DNA of 64,000 nucleotides from Eledone cirrhosa (GCA_964016885.1 OZ024742.1:318246001-318310000); one strand, 5' to 3'; counted from the stretch's first letter, positions 31,601 through 43,591 are shown. Notes: generated by a model not told the origin, from the sequence alone. Program-made: numbers and translations.

Positions 31601-34600
31601 ACTACTATCTTTAACCCAGGTAGTGACTTCTATCTTTAACCCAGGGTGGTGACTACTATCTTTAACCCAGGTAGCGACTACTATCTTTAACCCAGGGTAG
31701 TGACTACTATCTTTAACCCAGGGTAGTGACTACTATCTTTAACCCAGGCAGTGACTACTATCTTTAACCCAGGTAGTGACTACTATCTTTAACCCAGGTA
31801 GTGACTACTATCTTTAACCCAGGGTAGTGACTACTATCTTTAACCCAGGTAGTGACTACTAACTTTACCCCAAGGTAGTGACTACTATCTTTAACCCAGG
31901 GTAGTGACTACTATCTTTAACCTAGGGTAGTAACTACTATCTTTAACCCAGGTAGTGACTACTATCTTTAACCCAGGGTAGTGACTACTATCTTTAACCC
32001 AGGTAGTGACTACTATCTTTAACCCAGGGTAGTGACTACTATCTTTAACCCAGGGTAGTGACTACTATCTTTAACCCAGGGTAGTGACTACTATCTTTAA
32101 CCCAGGTAGTGACTACTATCCTTAACCCAGAGTAGTGACTACTATCTTTAACCCAGGGTAGTGACTACTATCTTTAACCCATGGAAGTGACTACTATCTT
32201 TAACTCAGGTAGTGACTACTATCTTTAACCCAGGGTAGTGACTACTATCTTTAACCCAGGTAGTGACTACTATCTTTAACCCAGGGTAGTGACTACTATC
32301 TTTAACCCAGGTAGTGACTGCTATCTTTAACCCAGGGTAGTAACTACTATCTTTAACCCAGGTAGTGACTACTATCTTTAACCCAGGGTAGTTACTACTA
32401 TCTTTAACCCAGGGTAGTTACTACTATCTTTAACCCAGAGTAGTGACTACTATCTTTAAACCAGGTAGTGACTACTATCTTTAACCCAGGGTAGTTACTA
32501 CTATCTTTAACCCAGGGTAGTGACTACTATCTTTAACCCACGGTAGCGACTACTATCTTTAACCCAAGTAGTGACTACTATCTTTAACCCAGCGTAGTGA
32601 CTACTATCTTTAACCCACGTAGTGACTACTATCTTTAACTCAGGTAGTGACTACTATCTTTAACCCAGGTAGTGTCTACTATCTTTAACCCAGGGTAGTT
32701 ACTACTATCTTTCACCCAGGGTAGTGACTACTATCTTTAACCCAGGGTAGTGACTACTATCGTTAACCCAGGGTAGTGACTACTATCTTTAACCCACGGT
32801 AGTGACTACTATCTTTAACCCAGGGTAGTGACTACTATCTTTAACCCAGGGTAGTGACTACTATCTTTAACCCAGGTTGTGACTACTATCTTTAACCCAG
32901 GGTAGTGACTACTATCTTTAACCCAGGTAGTGACTACTATCTTTAACCCAGGTTGTGACTACTATCTTTAACCCAGGTAGTGACTACTATCTTTAACCCA
33001 GTGTAGAGACTACTATCTTTAACCCAGGGTAGTGACTACTATCTTTAACCCAGCATAGTGACTACTATCTTTAACACAGGTAGTGACTACTATCTTTTAC
33101 CCAGGTAGTGACTACTATCTTTAACGCAGGTTAGTGACTACTATCTTTAACCCAGGTAGTGACTACTATCTTTAACCCAGGGTAGTGACTACTATCTTTA
33201 ACCCAGGGTAGTGACCTCTATCCTTAACCCAGGGTAGTGACTACTATCTTTAACCAAGGTAGAGACTACTATCTTTAACCCAGAATAGTGACTACTATCT
33301 TTAACCCAGGGTAGTGACTACTATCTTTAACCCAGGTAGTGACTACTATCTTTAACCCAGGTAGTGACTACTATCTTTAACCCAGTGTAGAGACTACTAT
33401 CTTTAACCCAGGTAGTGACTACTATCTTTAACCCAGGTAGTGACTACTATCTTTAACCCAGGGTAGTGACTACTATCTTTAACCCAGGGTAGAGACTACT
33501 ATCTTCAACCCACGTACTGACTACTATCTTTTACCCAGTGTAGTGACTACTATCTTTAACCCAGGTAGTGACTACTATCCTTAACCCAGGTTAGTGACTA
33601 CTATCTTTAACCCAGGGTAGTGACTACTATCTTTAACCCAGGGATGTGACTACTATCTTTAACTCAGGTAGTGACTACTATCTTTAACCCAGGGTAGTGA
33701 CTACTATCTTTAACCCAGGGTAGTGACTACTATCTTTAACCCAGGGTATTGACTACTATCTTTAACCGAGGTATTGACTACTATCTTTAACCCAGGGTAG
33801 TGACTACTATCTTTAACCGAGGTATTGACTACTATCTTTAACCCAGGTAGTGACTACTATCTTTAACCCAGGGTAGTGACTACTATCTTTAACCCAGGGT
33901 AGTGACTACTATCTTTAACCCAGGTAGTGACTACTATTTTTAACCCAGGATAGTGACTACTATCTATAACCCAGGTAGTGACTACTATCTTTAACCCAGG
34001 GTAGTGACTACTATCTTTAACCCAGGGTAGTGACTACTATCTTTAACCCAGGGTAGTGACTATTATCTTTAACCCAGGGTAGTGACTACTATCTTTAACC
34101 CAGGGTAGTGACTACTATCTTTAACCCAGGGTAGTGACTACTATCTTTAACACAGGGTAGTGACTACTATCTTTAACCCAGGGTAGTGACTACTATCTTT
34201 AATCCAGGGTAGTGACTACTATCTTTAACCCAGGGTAGTGACTACTATCTTTAACCCAGGGTAGTGACTACTATCTTTAACCCAGGGTAGTGACTACTAT
34301 ATTTCACTCAGGTAGTGACTACTATCTTTAACCCAGGGTAGTGACTACTATCTTTAACCCAGGGTAGTGACTACTATCTTTAACCCAGGGTAGTGACTAC
34401 TATCTTTAACCCAGGTAGTGACTACTATCTTTAACCCAGGGTAGTGACTACTATCTATAACCCAGGTAGCGACTACTATCTTTAACCCAGGGTAGTGACT
34501 ACTATCTTTAACCCAGGTAGTGACTTCTATCTTTAACCCAGGGTGGTGACTACTATCTTTAACCCAGGTAGCGACTACTATCTTTAACCCAGGGTAGTGA

Positions 34601-34730
34601 CTACTATCTTTAACCCAGGGTAGTGACTACTATCTTTAACCCAGGCAGTGACTACTATCTTTAACCCAGGTAGTGACTACTATCTTTAACCCAGGTAGTG
34701 ACTACTATCTTTAACCCAGGGTAGTGACTA
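28660..34730 (+). repeat. ~2.9-kb near-identical segmental duplication within the satellite (offset 3177 bp)
   Basis: Rare variants recur at a constant offset of 3177: AACTTTACCCC 28684/31861, ATGGAAG 29004/32181, GAGGTATTG 30591/33768, GTAGCG ~31292/34469. An extra 280-bp local duplication lies between the two copies. Confidence 0.9.
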
Positions 34731-35465
34731 CTATCTTTAACCCAGGTAGTGACTACTATCTTTAACCCAGGGTAGTGACTACTATCTTTAACCCAGGTAG
34801 TGACTACTATCTTTAACCCAGGGTACTAACTACTATCTTTAACCCAGGTAGTGACTATCTTTATCCCAGGTAGTGACTACTATCTTTAACCCAGGGTAGT
34901 GACTACTATCTTTAACCCAGGGTAGTGACTACTATCTTTAACCCAGGGTAGTGACTAATATCTTTAACGCAGGGTAGTGACTACTATCTTTAACCCAGGT
35001 AGTGACTACTATCTTTAATTCAGGGTAGTGACTACTATCTTTAACCCAGGGTAGTGACTACTATCTTTAACCCATGGTAGTGACTACTATCTTTACCCAG
35101 GTAGTGACTACTATCTATAACCCATGGTAGTGACTACTATCTTTAACCCAGGGTAGTGAGTACTATCTTTAACCCAGGTAGTGACTACTATCTCTAACCC
35201 AGGTAGTGACTACTATCTTTACCCAGGTAGTGACTACTATCTTTAACCCAGGTAGTGACTACTATCTTTACCCAGGTAGTGACTACTATCTTTAACCCAG
35301 GTAGTGACTACTATCTTTACCCAGGTAGTGACTACTATCTTTAACCCAGGTAGTGACTACTATCTTTACCCAGGTAGTGACTACTACCTTTACTCGAGGT
35401 TAGTGACTTTCTACTAAAATTCTTAACTTCGAAAATATTTGACTTTCTGCTAAATTTCTTAAGCC

Positions 35466-37127
35466 ATGTAACTCAGTAGATGTGTGTGTGGATGTAACTC
35501 AGTAGATGTGTGTGTGTGTAACTCAGTAGAATTTCTGTGTATGTAACTCAGTAGATATGTCTGTATGTAACTCAGTAGACATGTGTGTATTAACTCAGTA
35601 GATGTGTGTGTATGTAACTCAGTAGCTATGTGTGTATGTGACTCAGTAGATGTGTGTGTATGTAACTCAGTAGATGTGTGTGTATGTAACTCAGTAGATG
35701 TGTGTGTATGTAACTCAGTAGCTATGTGTGTATGTGACTCAGTAGATGTGTGTGTATGTAACTCAGTAGATATGTGTGTATGTAACTCAGTAGATGTGTG
35801 TGTATGTAACTCAGTAGCTATGTGTGTATGTGACTCAATAGATGTGTGTGTATGTAACTCAGTAGATGTGTGTGTATGTAACTCAGTAGATACGTGTGTA
35901 TGTAACTCAGTAGATATGTGTGTATGTAACTCAGTAGATATGTGTTCATGTAACTCAGAAGATGTGTGTGTATGTAACTCAGTAGATGTGTGTGTATGTA
36001 ACTCAGTAGATGTGTGTGTATGTAACTCAGTAGATATGTGTGTATGTAACTCAGTAGATGAGTGTGTATGTAATTCAGAAGATGTGTGTGCATGTAACTC
36101 AGTAGATGTGTGTGTATGTAACTCAGAAGATGTGCGTGTGTGTAACTCAGTAGATGTGTGTGTATGTAACTCAGTAGATCTGTATGTATGTAACTCAGTA
36201 GATATGTGTGTATGTAACTCAGAAGATATTTGTGTATCTAACTCATTAGATGTATGTGTATCTAACTCAGTAGATGTGTGTGTATGTAACTCAGTAGATA
36301 TGTGTGTATGTAACTCAGAAGATATGTGTGTATGTAACTCAGAAGATGTGTGTGTATGTAACTCAGTAGATATGTGTGTATGTAACTCAGAAGATGTGTG
36401 TGTATGTAACTCAGAAGATGTGTGTGTATGTAACTCAGTAGATATGTGTGTATGTAACTCAGAAGATGTGTGTGTATGTAACTCAGAAGATGTGTGTGTA
36501 CGTAACTCAGAAGATATGTGTATGTAACTCAGTAGATGTGTGTGTATGTAACTCAGTAGATGTGTGTGTATGTAACTCAGTAGATGTGTATGTATGTAAC
36601 TCAGTAGATGTGTGTGTGGATGTAACTCAGTAGATGTGTGTGTATGTAACTCAGTAGATGTGTGTGTATGTAACTCAGTAGATGTGTATGTATGTAACTC
36701 AGTAGATGTGTGTGTATGTAACTCAGAAGATGTGTGTGTATGTAACTCAGAAGATATGTGTATGTAACTCAGTAGATGTGTGTGTATGTAACTCAGTAGA
36801 TGTGTGTGTGGATGTAACTCAGTAGATGTGTGTGTATGTAACTCAGTAGATGTGTGTGTATGTAACTCAGTAGATGTGTGTGTATGTAACTCAGTAGATA
36901 TGTGTGTATGTAACTCAGTAGATGTGTGTGTATCTAACTCAGTAGATGTATGTGTATGTAACTCCGTAGATGTGTGTGTATGCAACTCAGAAGATGTGTG
37001 TGTATCTAACTCAGTAGATGTATGTGTATGTAACTCAGTAGATGTGGGTGTATGTAACTCAGAAGATGTGTGTATGTAACTCAGAAGATATGTGTATGTA
37101 ACTCAGTAGATATGTGTGTATGTAACT
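35466..37127 (+). repeat. Second tandem satellite, 24-bp monomer ATGTAACTCAGTAGATGTGTGTGT, about 69 copies
   Basis: Directly visible array with CAGTAG/CAGAAG variants and occasional 22-bp units. Confidence 0.97.
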
Positions 37128-37181
37128 AAAGCGTAACGTACGTTACGAAGGGATAAAATACAAGCAGAATTATAAGATGAC

Positions 37182-37345
<164 letters not shown>

Positions 37346-37435
37346 ATGTATATGTATGTGTATGTTCGTCGGCGCATACGTATGTACTGGCCTAAATCTT
37401 CACTATTTACTTTTACTATGTTAAGGCAAAGTTAA

Positions 37436-37545
37436 AATCCCGTCGAGGTTAACTTTGCCTTTCATCCTTACAGGGTCGATAAAATAAAGTACCAGTAATG
37501 TACTGGTTAATTGCTGGCCTCGTGTCAAAAGCAGAAACAACTATT
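37436..37545 (+). mobile_element. tRNA-derived SINE family 1, 5'-truncated copy
   Basis: Contains the GAGGTTAACTTTGCCTTTCATCCTTAC.GGGTCGATAAAATAAAGTACCAG body shared with more than 10 copies in this window. Confidence 0.85.
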
Positions 37546-37799
37546 TTAATAACCTGTCATTTTCGTTTACAATTTTATTTACATCATTCTTAAACTCGGA
37601 GGCTGGAAATCATTCGGTTATTTTAAATAGAATATTAGTCTAACGACTCCATTTACACCATAAACTTGGTCTTGTCTTTGCATGAAATTGTTCTTCTCGG
37701 TCCAACGTGTCGTTTATACGTAACATAAATAGATAAGCAAATAACGCCATAAAATGGAAATAACTCGTCTCTCATCTCTATTTATACATTTGAACTGAA

Positions 37800-38034
37800 A
37801 AATCAATACATTACAAATTCGATCTTTGCACTTGGCGTGGGTCGATTTGAAAGATTTTTTTGACCGATGTCTCCGCCGGACCTTCATCTATAAGTGTAGC
37901 AATTTCACCGAAATTTGAACGTACGGTTTAGGAGGAGATGTGTGCCGACCGTTTTAGTAGACAGACAGACAGACAACCTAAGTTTTATATATAGAGACTA
38001 GCAGAAAACCACCCGGTGGGCGGTTTTCTGCTAG
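37800..38034 (-). mobile_element. Non-autonomous Helitron-like element: 5' end (TC at 37997) directly preceded by a CTAG 3'-type end
   Basis: The minus strand reads ...GGTTTTCTGCTAG|TCTCTATATATAAAACTTAGGTTGTCTGTCTGTC. A TC start, an AT-rich stretch and a (TGTC)n microsatellite are typical of animal Helitron 5' ends; hairpin+CTAG is typical of 3' ends. The distal boundary is uncertain. Confidence 0.6.
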
Positions 38035-38469
38035 CAAATCTAGTGTATATACTGATATTGTTGAGATTTGGATGAGAAATGTTTTCGGCACCACTTGTTC
38101 ACCGTCTCTCGGTGTGTCTTTTATGTATGTATAAATATATATGTTATCTATACGGTGAAATCTTTGAAATAAATATATGTTAAATATAACGATGGAAATA
38201 TATCTTCAAATGGTCCTTGGCATGGTGTCAAGTCAGAACTGCCTCGAACTGGTTACTTCTGGCTTGTGCAAGGTGTCTCTATAGCAACCAACGATTCCCT
38301 CGGCCTCAGTGACCAAAGTCAGTGGAGAGGGGAAGGTAATGTTTCTATAGCGACAGTGTTTCTCTTGGTAGTACCAAAGTGGAGAAAGGAAGGGGAAGGT
38401 AATATTTCTGTAGCACCTACATTTGAGTTTTAGGGAAGGACAGACAGACAGACAAACAGAGAAATGCCC

Positions 38470-38535
38470 ATATATTTCTGTGTGTGTATATATATATATA
38501 TATATATTACACACACAGAAATGTATATATATTTC

Positions 38536-38582
<47 letters not shown>

Positions 38583-38786
38583 CACACACAGAAATGTATA
38601 TATATTTCTGTGTGTATATATATATATATATATATTACACACACAGAAATGTATATATATTTCTGTGTGTATATATATATATTTCTGTGTGTCTATATAT
38701 ATATATATTACACACACAGAAATGTATATATATTTCTGTGTGTGTATATATATATATTACACACACAGAAATGTATATATATTTCT
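38470..38786. repeat. Palindromic minisatellite of alternating TTTCTGTGTGTG / CACACACAGAAA modules separated by (TA)n
   Basis: About 5 units are visible; each unit is an inverted repeat. Confidence 0.85.
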
Positions 38787-38904
38787 TAGAACAAAATTAT
38801 TATTAATATTTTGCTGTTCAGAACAATTGGAATTGAAAAATTACTTTTGAAATTATTAGTTATTTTACTAATGCTTAGATATGTAAAAATGAAGCAATGT
38901 TTCT

Positions 38905-39090
38905 AATAATTGTTTCTACTTTTGGCACAAGGCCAGCAATTACCCAGTACATTACTGGTACTTTATTTTATCGACCCCGTGAGGATGAAAGGCAAAGTTA
39001 ACCTCGGCGGTATTTGAACTCGGACCGTAAAGGGACGTAACTCCATGCTATGAAGCATGGTGTCCGACTCTCTACAGATTCTGCCAAATC
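38905..39090 (-). mobile_element. tRNA-derived SINE family 1, near full length
   Basis: The reverse complement shows A-box-like TGGCAGAATCTG, B-box-like GAGTTCAAATACC and the family body and tail. Confidence 0.85.
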
Positions 39091-39697
39091 ACTGCCCTAA
39101 TGTCTGTACGTAATGAGGGAGTGAGAGGGGAGAGAAAGAAAGGCAGAGGTGAAGTGACGAAGTGACTCTCTCCTCCTCCTCCTCCTCCATCTCCCCATTC
39201 GTCACAGCGATAGAGGGGAGGAATGTTAGTGTGTTACAAAGAGAAAGAGTGAGAGTGAGAGAAACAGACAGACTAAAAGAGAGGGTTAGCTGGAGAGAGA
39301 GAGAGAGAGATAGCAACCACGCGCGCATGTGTTTCCACTGTCGGACAGACAGACAGAGAAATTGCTGGTTATATATTATAAGGAGACATATATGTGTGTG
39401 TGTGTGTACATGTTTGTCTATCTGTCTGTCTCTCTCTATATACATGAAGCAATGTTTTTGGTTGTTGTGGAAGAGGATGCTAAACACGATACATACCAAT
39501 AATTCTGGTTAGATATATAATTTTACTTCACTTCAGCAAAAAAAGAAAAAAGATTATGATTACTTCGAATCATAAATATAAAGTTTGATTGTAGTATTCA
39601 CAAATGAATATAATGTTCAAAAAGGCTTCTGTCTTGTGCAAAATTAGACAAAAACTTACCTCCAAACAAAATAGCGTTTATGTTACCGCTAAAGGGC

Positions 39698-40090
39698 CTG
39701 CAACATAGAGTTACGGCCCTTTACAGCCTGAGTACAAACCCCGCCGAAGTTAGTTTTGCCTTTAATCCTTACGGGGTCGATAAATTAAAGTACCAGTCAC
39801 GCCCTGGGGTCGATTTAATCGACCCCCCCCCCCCCCCAAAAAAAAAAAATTGCGGGCCTTGTGCCTATAGTACAAATCATTGGCAGTATCAGTAGAGAGT
39901 CGAAAACCATGCTTAGCAGCATAGAGTTACGGCTCTTTACGGTCTGATTCAAATCCCGCCGAGGTTAACTTTGCCTTTCATCCTTACGGGGTCGATAAAA
40001 TAAAGTACCAGTAATGTACAGAGGTCGATTTAATCGACTTTCCCCTCTCACCAAATGACTGGCCTTGTGCCAAAAGTAGAAACAATTATT
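39698..40090 (+). mobile_element. Two tandem SINE family 1 copies (~39698-39870 and ~39878-40090)
   Basis: The family body occurs twice, and both copies keep the GTCGATTTAATCGAC hairpin segment. Confidence 0.85.
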
Positions 40091-40739
40091 TAGCTTGGTG
40101 AATATTTTTGCGGTTCAACGAATATTCTTAAAGCGATTACCATTTCTCTTAATAGATGAGAATTACATTTCTGTTTTTTTGGTCTTGGTAAACCCTTGTT
40201 ATTTCTCCGTAAACTCTGACAGCAGATTCTTAAAGTACGTTTCCCATTTTCTCCTCTCTGCAAACCCAACTCTCTCTCTCTCCTCTCTCCCCTCTCTCTC
40301 TCTCTCCCCTCTCTCTCTCTCTCCCTCGCCACGCCCTCTCTCTCTAGTAAAAAAAAATGTAATCATCTTTGGTTACAAACAAACACTTAGTAAAGTTGAG
40401 AAAAACATTTTTTAAATATTAACAAAAGACAAATCATTTTCCTGTACTAAAATGTCACTTGTATTCAATTCCTGACAACAATTTCAATACATTTTCAAGT
40501 TGCATTCTCATTATTGAAGGATTTAAAATAAAATTGTGGAATCTTAACAATTATCTATTTTCATTAAAAAAATTCTTTCGCAGGAAAAAAATAAAATTAT
40601 TGGGTAAATGACTAAAGGAAAAAAAAAATTAAACTTAGCTAAAACAAATTTTAATAAATCATAAAACTGTTTTATCACATCGGTGCTTTTTAGTAATCAA
40701 CCGTTATCATTTGGTTTATTTTGTTCTTTGATTTTTGTT

Positions 40740-40880
40740 TTAGTAATTTCAGTCCTAAGACTGCAGCCAATCTGGGACACCAGTACATATCGCCCCGACC
40801 AGTACATATTTTTTTTTTAAATTGATACCTATTTTATCGATCTCTATTTGTCGAACCACTAATTCACGGGATAAAACAAA
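40740..40880 (-). mobile_element. Degenerate fragment of another SINE family
   Basis: TTTCAGTC..GACTGCAGCCA..CTGG and TTTTATCGATCTCTATTTGTCGAACCACTAA resemble an abundant octopus SINE as I recall it; not verified by search. Confidence 0.45.
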
Positions 40881-40951
40881 CAATAAAGGGTATACACACA
40901 CACGCACAAATATATATATATTTGTGTGTGTGTGTATACCCTTTATTGTGT

Positions 40952-41001
<50 letters not shown>

Positions 41002-41124
41002 AAAAGGAAAAGAAAATGGTGACAAATTTTTCCCAGTGAAAAATAGATTAATTAGGAATAAGTATAAAATAGTAATAAGTATTGGTTAGTATTCTGTTTT
41101 GGTTTTAAGTTTTTACCGGTCTCA

Positions 41125-41207
<83 letters not shown>

Positions 41208-41211
<4 letters not shown>

Positions 41212-41676
41212 AGGCAGTATATAGAGAAAAATACACAAAGAGGTATGTGTTCAATTATAGAGGGTAAAATACCACTAGAGTGAAAAACATATTGTCTACG
41301 AACAGAATGGAGAATTCATATAAATTAAAAGAATAAATTAAAATGTACAGACCATTCGTTTATAACTATATCTCCTGGACAGGCTGTATAGCATGTTTCG
41401 CAGCAAATTATTCGCAACAAATAAAGTGTAGAATCATACTGTTGACGGCTTATCAACAGGAGGATCAAACAATACGATCCACACTTCTAAAAACATATCA
41501 GATAACTAGTATACGGACATGGTGGAAAGAGAAAACATGCGCGCTATACAGCCCATGGTGGTGTGAATGGACCAAAAGACCGCTAAAAACAGCAGCCGAG
41601 AAGCAATATGGTTTTCTACCCCCCTATAATTGAACACATACTTCTTTGTGTATTTTTCTCTATATACTGTCTTATA
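41208..41676. mobile_element. Fold-back element with ~67-bp terminal inverted repeats next to (TA)n
   Basis: 41208-41274 and 41609-41676 are reverse complements with few mismatches. A second, inner inverted pair lies at 41382-41399 / 41531-41553. Confidence 0.8.
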
Positions 41677-41766
41677 AAGAGCCCGGAATCTATTCCTTGA
41701 GCTCATTAAATTATAGGGGATTAACGTGAATCTTTAACGGTATTTTTTAAAAATTTTATATATATA

Positions 41767-42050
41767 TCTATATTATAAAGCTGACGGCCGTATGTATGTA
41801 AGAAACTTTTCGCCAAACGGCTGGACCAAAAAGCACCAAATTTGCACCATAGATGTAACTTTTTCCAAGTAAGAAAGTGAGGGTATTTTTGTCTTCTAAA
41901 TTTGTCTCTGTATGTCTGGCTGTCTGCATTTGATACGTAGCTATAACGTCGCACGCTTATAATATCTGTCTGTCTGCTGCCTGTCTGCATTGACTTCGCT
42001 TCTAACCAACTTTTAATTAATTCAGTGCAAAGATACCGCACGCTCTCTCA
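41767..42050 (+). mobile_element. Helitron-like 5' end fragment
   Basis: A|TCTATATTATAAAGCTG start followed by (GTAT)n and (TGTC)n tracts; no 3' CTAG end is seen. Confidence 0.4.
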
Positions 42051-42054
42051 ATAA

Positions 42055-42159
<105 letters not shown>

Positions 42160-42271
42160 CACCAATCACAAACTTTCTGTCTTGACCACTGGCCACGTGA
42201 TGGTTCTTAGCCATTTTGAATTCATTTCTGGCGGGGATCATGGTAGAAGAATCTTAGTCCAGTCTGAGGTA

Positions 42272-42355
42272 TCTCCTGATGAGTTCCGAGCCTCGTGGAT
42301 TTATCCAAGAGCGGATATATCCAAAAAGTGGAACAAAATCGCCGGTTGGTAGAGA
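42272..42355 (+). ncRNA. Type I hammerhead-like ribozyme motif with enlarged stem II (GAAA mutated to AAAA)
   Basis: Stem I TCTC/GAGA; core CTGATGA at 42276-42282; stem II GTTCC/GGAAC; AAAA; quasi-palindromic stem III; GTA cleavage triplet. Confidence 0.6.
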
Positions 42356-42641
42356 CTGAGAATTTTGGTAAAATTTATGTGCATTTTTTCTTCTAACTTC
42401 CATTTTGAACCTAATTCCGTGTAGTTAACTATATGTCTAGTCAATTTCTACAGGCTTGGAGAAATACTAGGTAAGTGTCATACAGCTGTACGTCGCGGAA
42501 AAGAATCTGTATCATTTATCTATTATTTCTTCATGAGTACATTTTAAACTTATAGCCTCGTTTAAATGATTTTTTGTGTGGTTAATTTATGCTGATTGGG
42601 AGAGGAAATACTGTATATATTTTATCTAATGATTCTTTGGA

Positions 42642-42733
<92 letters not shown>

Positions 42734-42884
42734 ATTAGTAATAATAAATGTGAAGACTAAAATCCAAAGAGCGCTCGATAAGGATAAATATATATCAAAT
42801 ATATAAGAACCCTAGAGCAAATATTGTTCTCATTGCTCACGTATTATCTTCGCTTTTTCCCGTTCATTGCCAGGGAATGTCTTC

Positions 42885-43032
42885 ACGAACCAAAATATCG
42901 TCTTCCTGTTTTCCTTCGGTTGCAACGTTTTTCGAGATATTTACTTCTGCGTTCACAGATTGATATTTTTAGTTTCAGAAGATCCCGTTAAAGGTGAAAG
43001 CAGTGATTGTTTGCTTAAACTTTAATCTGTTA

Positions 43033-43040
<8 letters not shown>
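42885..43040 (+). repeat. Interspersed repeat ending CTTAAACTTTAATCTGT at (TA)n; other copies at 47544-47687 (palindromic) and 62500-62665
   Basis: CCAAA.TATCGTCTT...GTTGCAACGTTTTT...TTTCAGAAGATCCCGTTAA.GGTGAAAGCA is shared with 62500-62665. Confidence 0.8.
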
Positions 43041-43068
<28 letters not shown>

Positions 43069-43176
43069 AAAAAGTATGACCCCGACGGCAGAGCTCAAGC
43101 CGCTTCGACGGCTATTTATATATTCGTGTACAGATATTTTTGCATACACAAAAACAAAATATAAACAAACGTATTT

Positions 43177-43320
43177 ATTTCACGAAAGCACATTGTTACT
43201 GCCGATATGCCACCCAAAAAGTCCCAGCCTGGCCACAAGATCAAATATTCCACGAAAGCACATTGTTACTGCCGATATGCCACCCAAAACGTCCCAGCCT
43301 GGCCACAAGATCAAATTTTC
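43177..43320 (+). repeat. 70-bp tandem duplication
   Basis: CACGAAAGCACATTGTTACTGCCGATATGCCACCC starts at both 43181 and 43251. Confidence 0.9.
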
Positions 43321-43507
43321 CAGAAGAAAAAAATGTTACTAGCCAAACAATCTCTTCATCTTTGCTCCCGAGAGCCGAACAAAAAATATTGTATACTCTG
43401 AGGCTCTAACAATGTAATTTATGTATTTTCTGTTACTTGGAATTTCCATTATGGTTGTACAAATAATATTGTACGAATATTAATAATAATATATACATAT
43501 ATACATC

Positions 43508-43591
<84 letters not shown>

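Larger units (their letters stand above)
1..35410 (+). repeat. Tandem satellite, 25/26-bp monomer TCTTTAACCCAG(G)GTAGTGACTACTA, roughly 1400 copies, runs off the left edge of the window
   Basis: Directly visible uninterrupted head-to-tail array in a single orientation. Variation is concentrated in the CCCA[GG/GGG/GGA/GAG/CG/GT]TAG segment. Copy number is estimated as length/25.5. The array decays at ~35390-35460. Confidence 0.98.

Noticed and set aside
1-35410. CRISPR-like array (short hairpin-forming repeats)
   Set aside because: Monomers abut directly with no unique spacers, there are no cas genes, and the context is eukaryotic.
35459-37079. 508-aa His/Thr-rich and 314-aa Cys/Val-rich ORFs
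   Set aside because: A 24-bp unit is a multiple of 3, so stop-free frames arise automatically on both strands. There is no non-repetitive coding flank or splice evidence.
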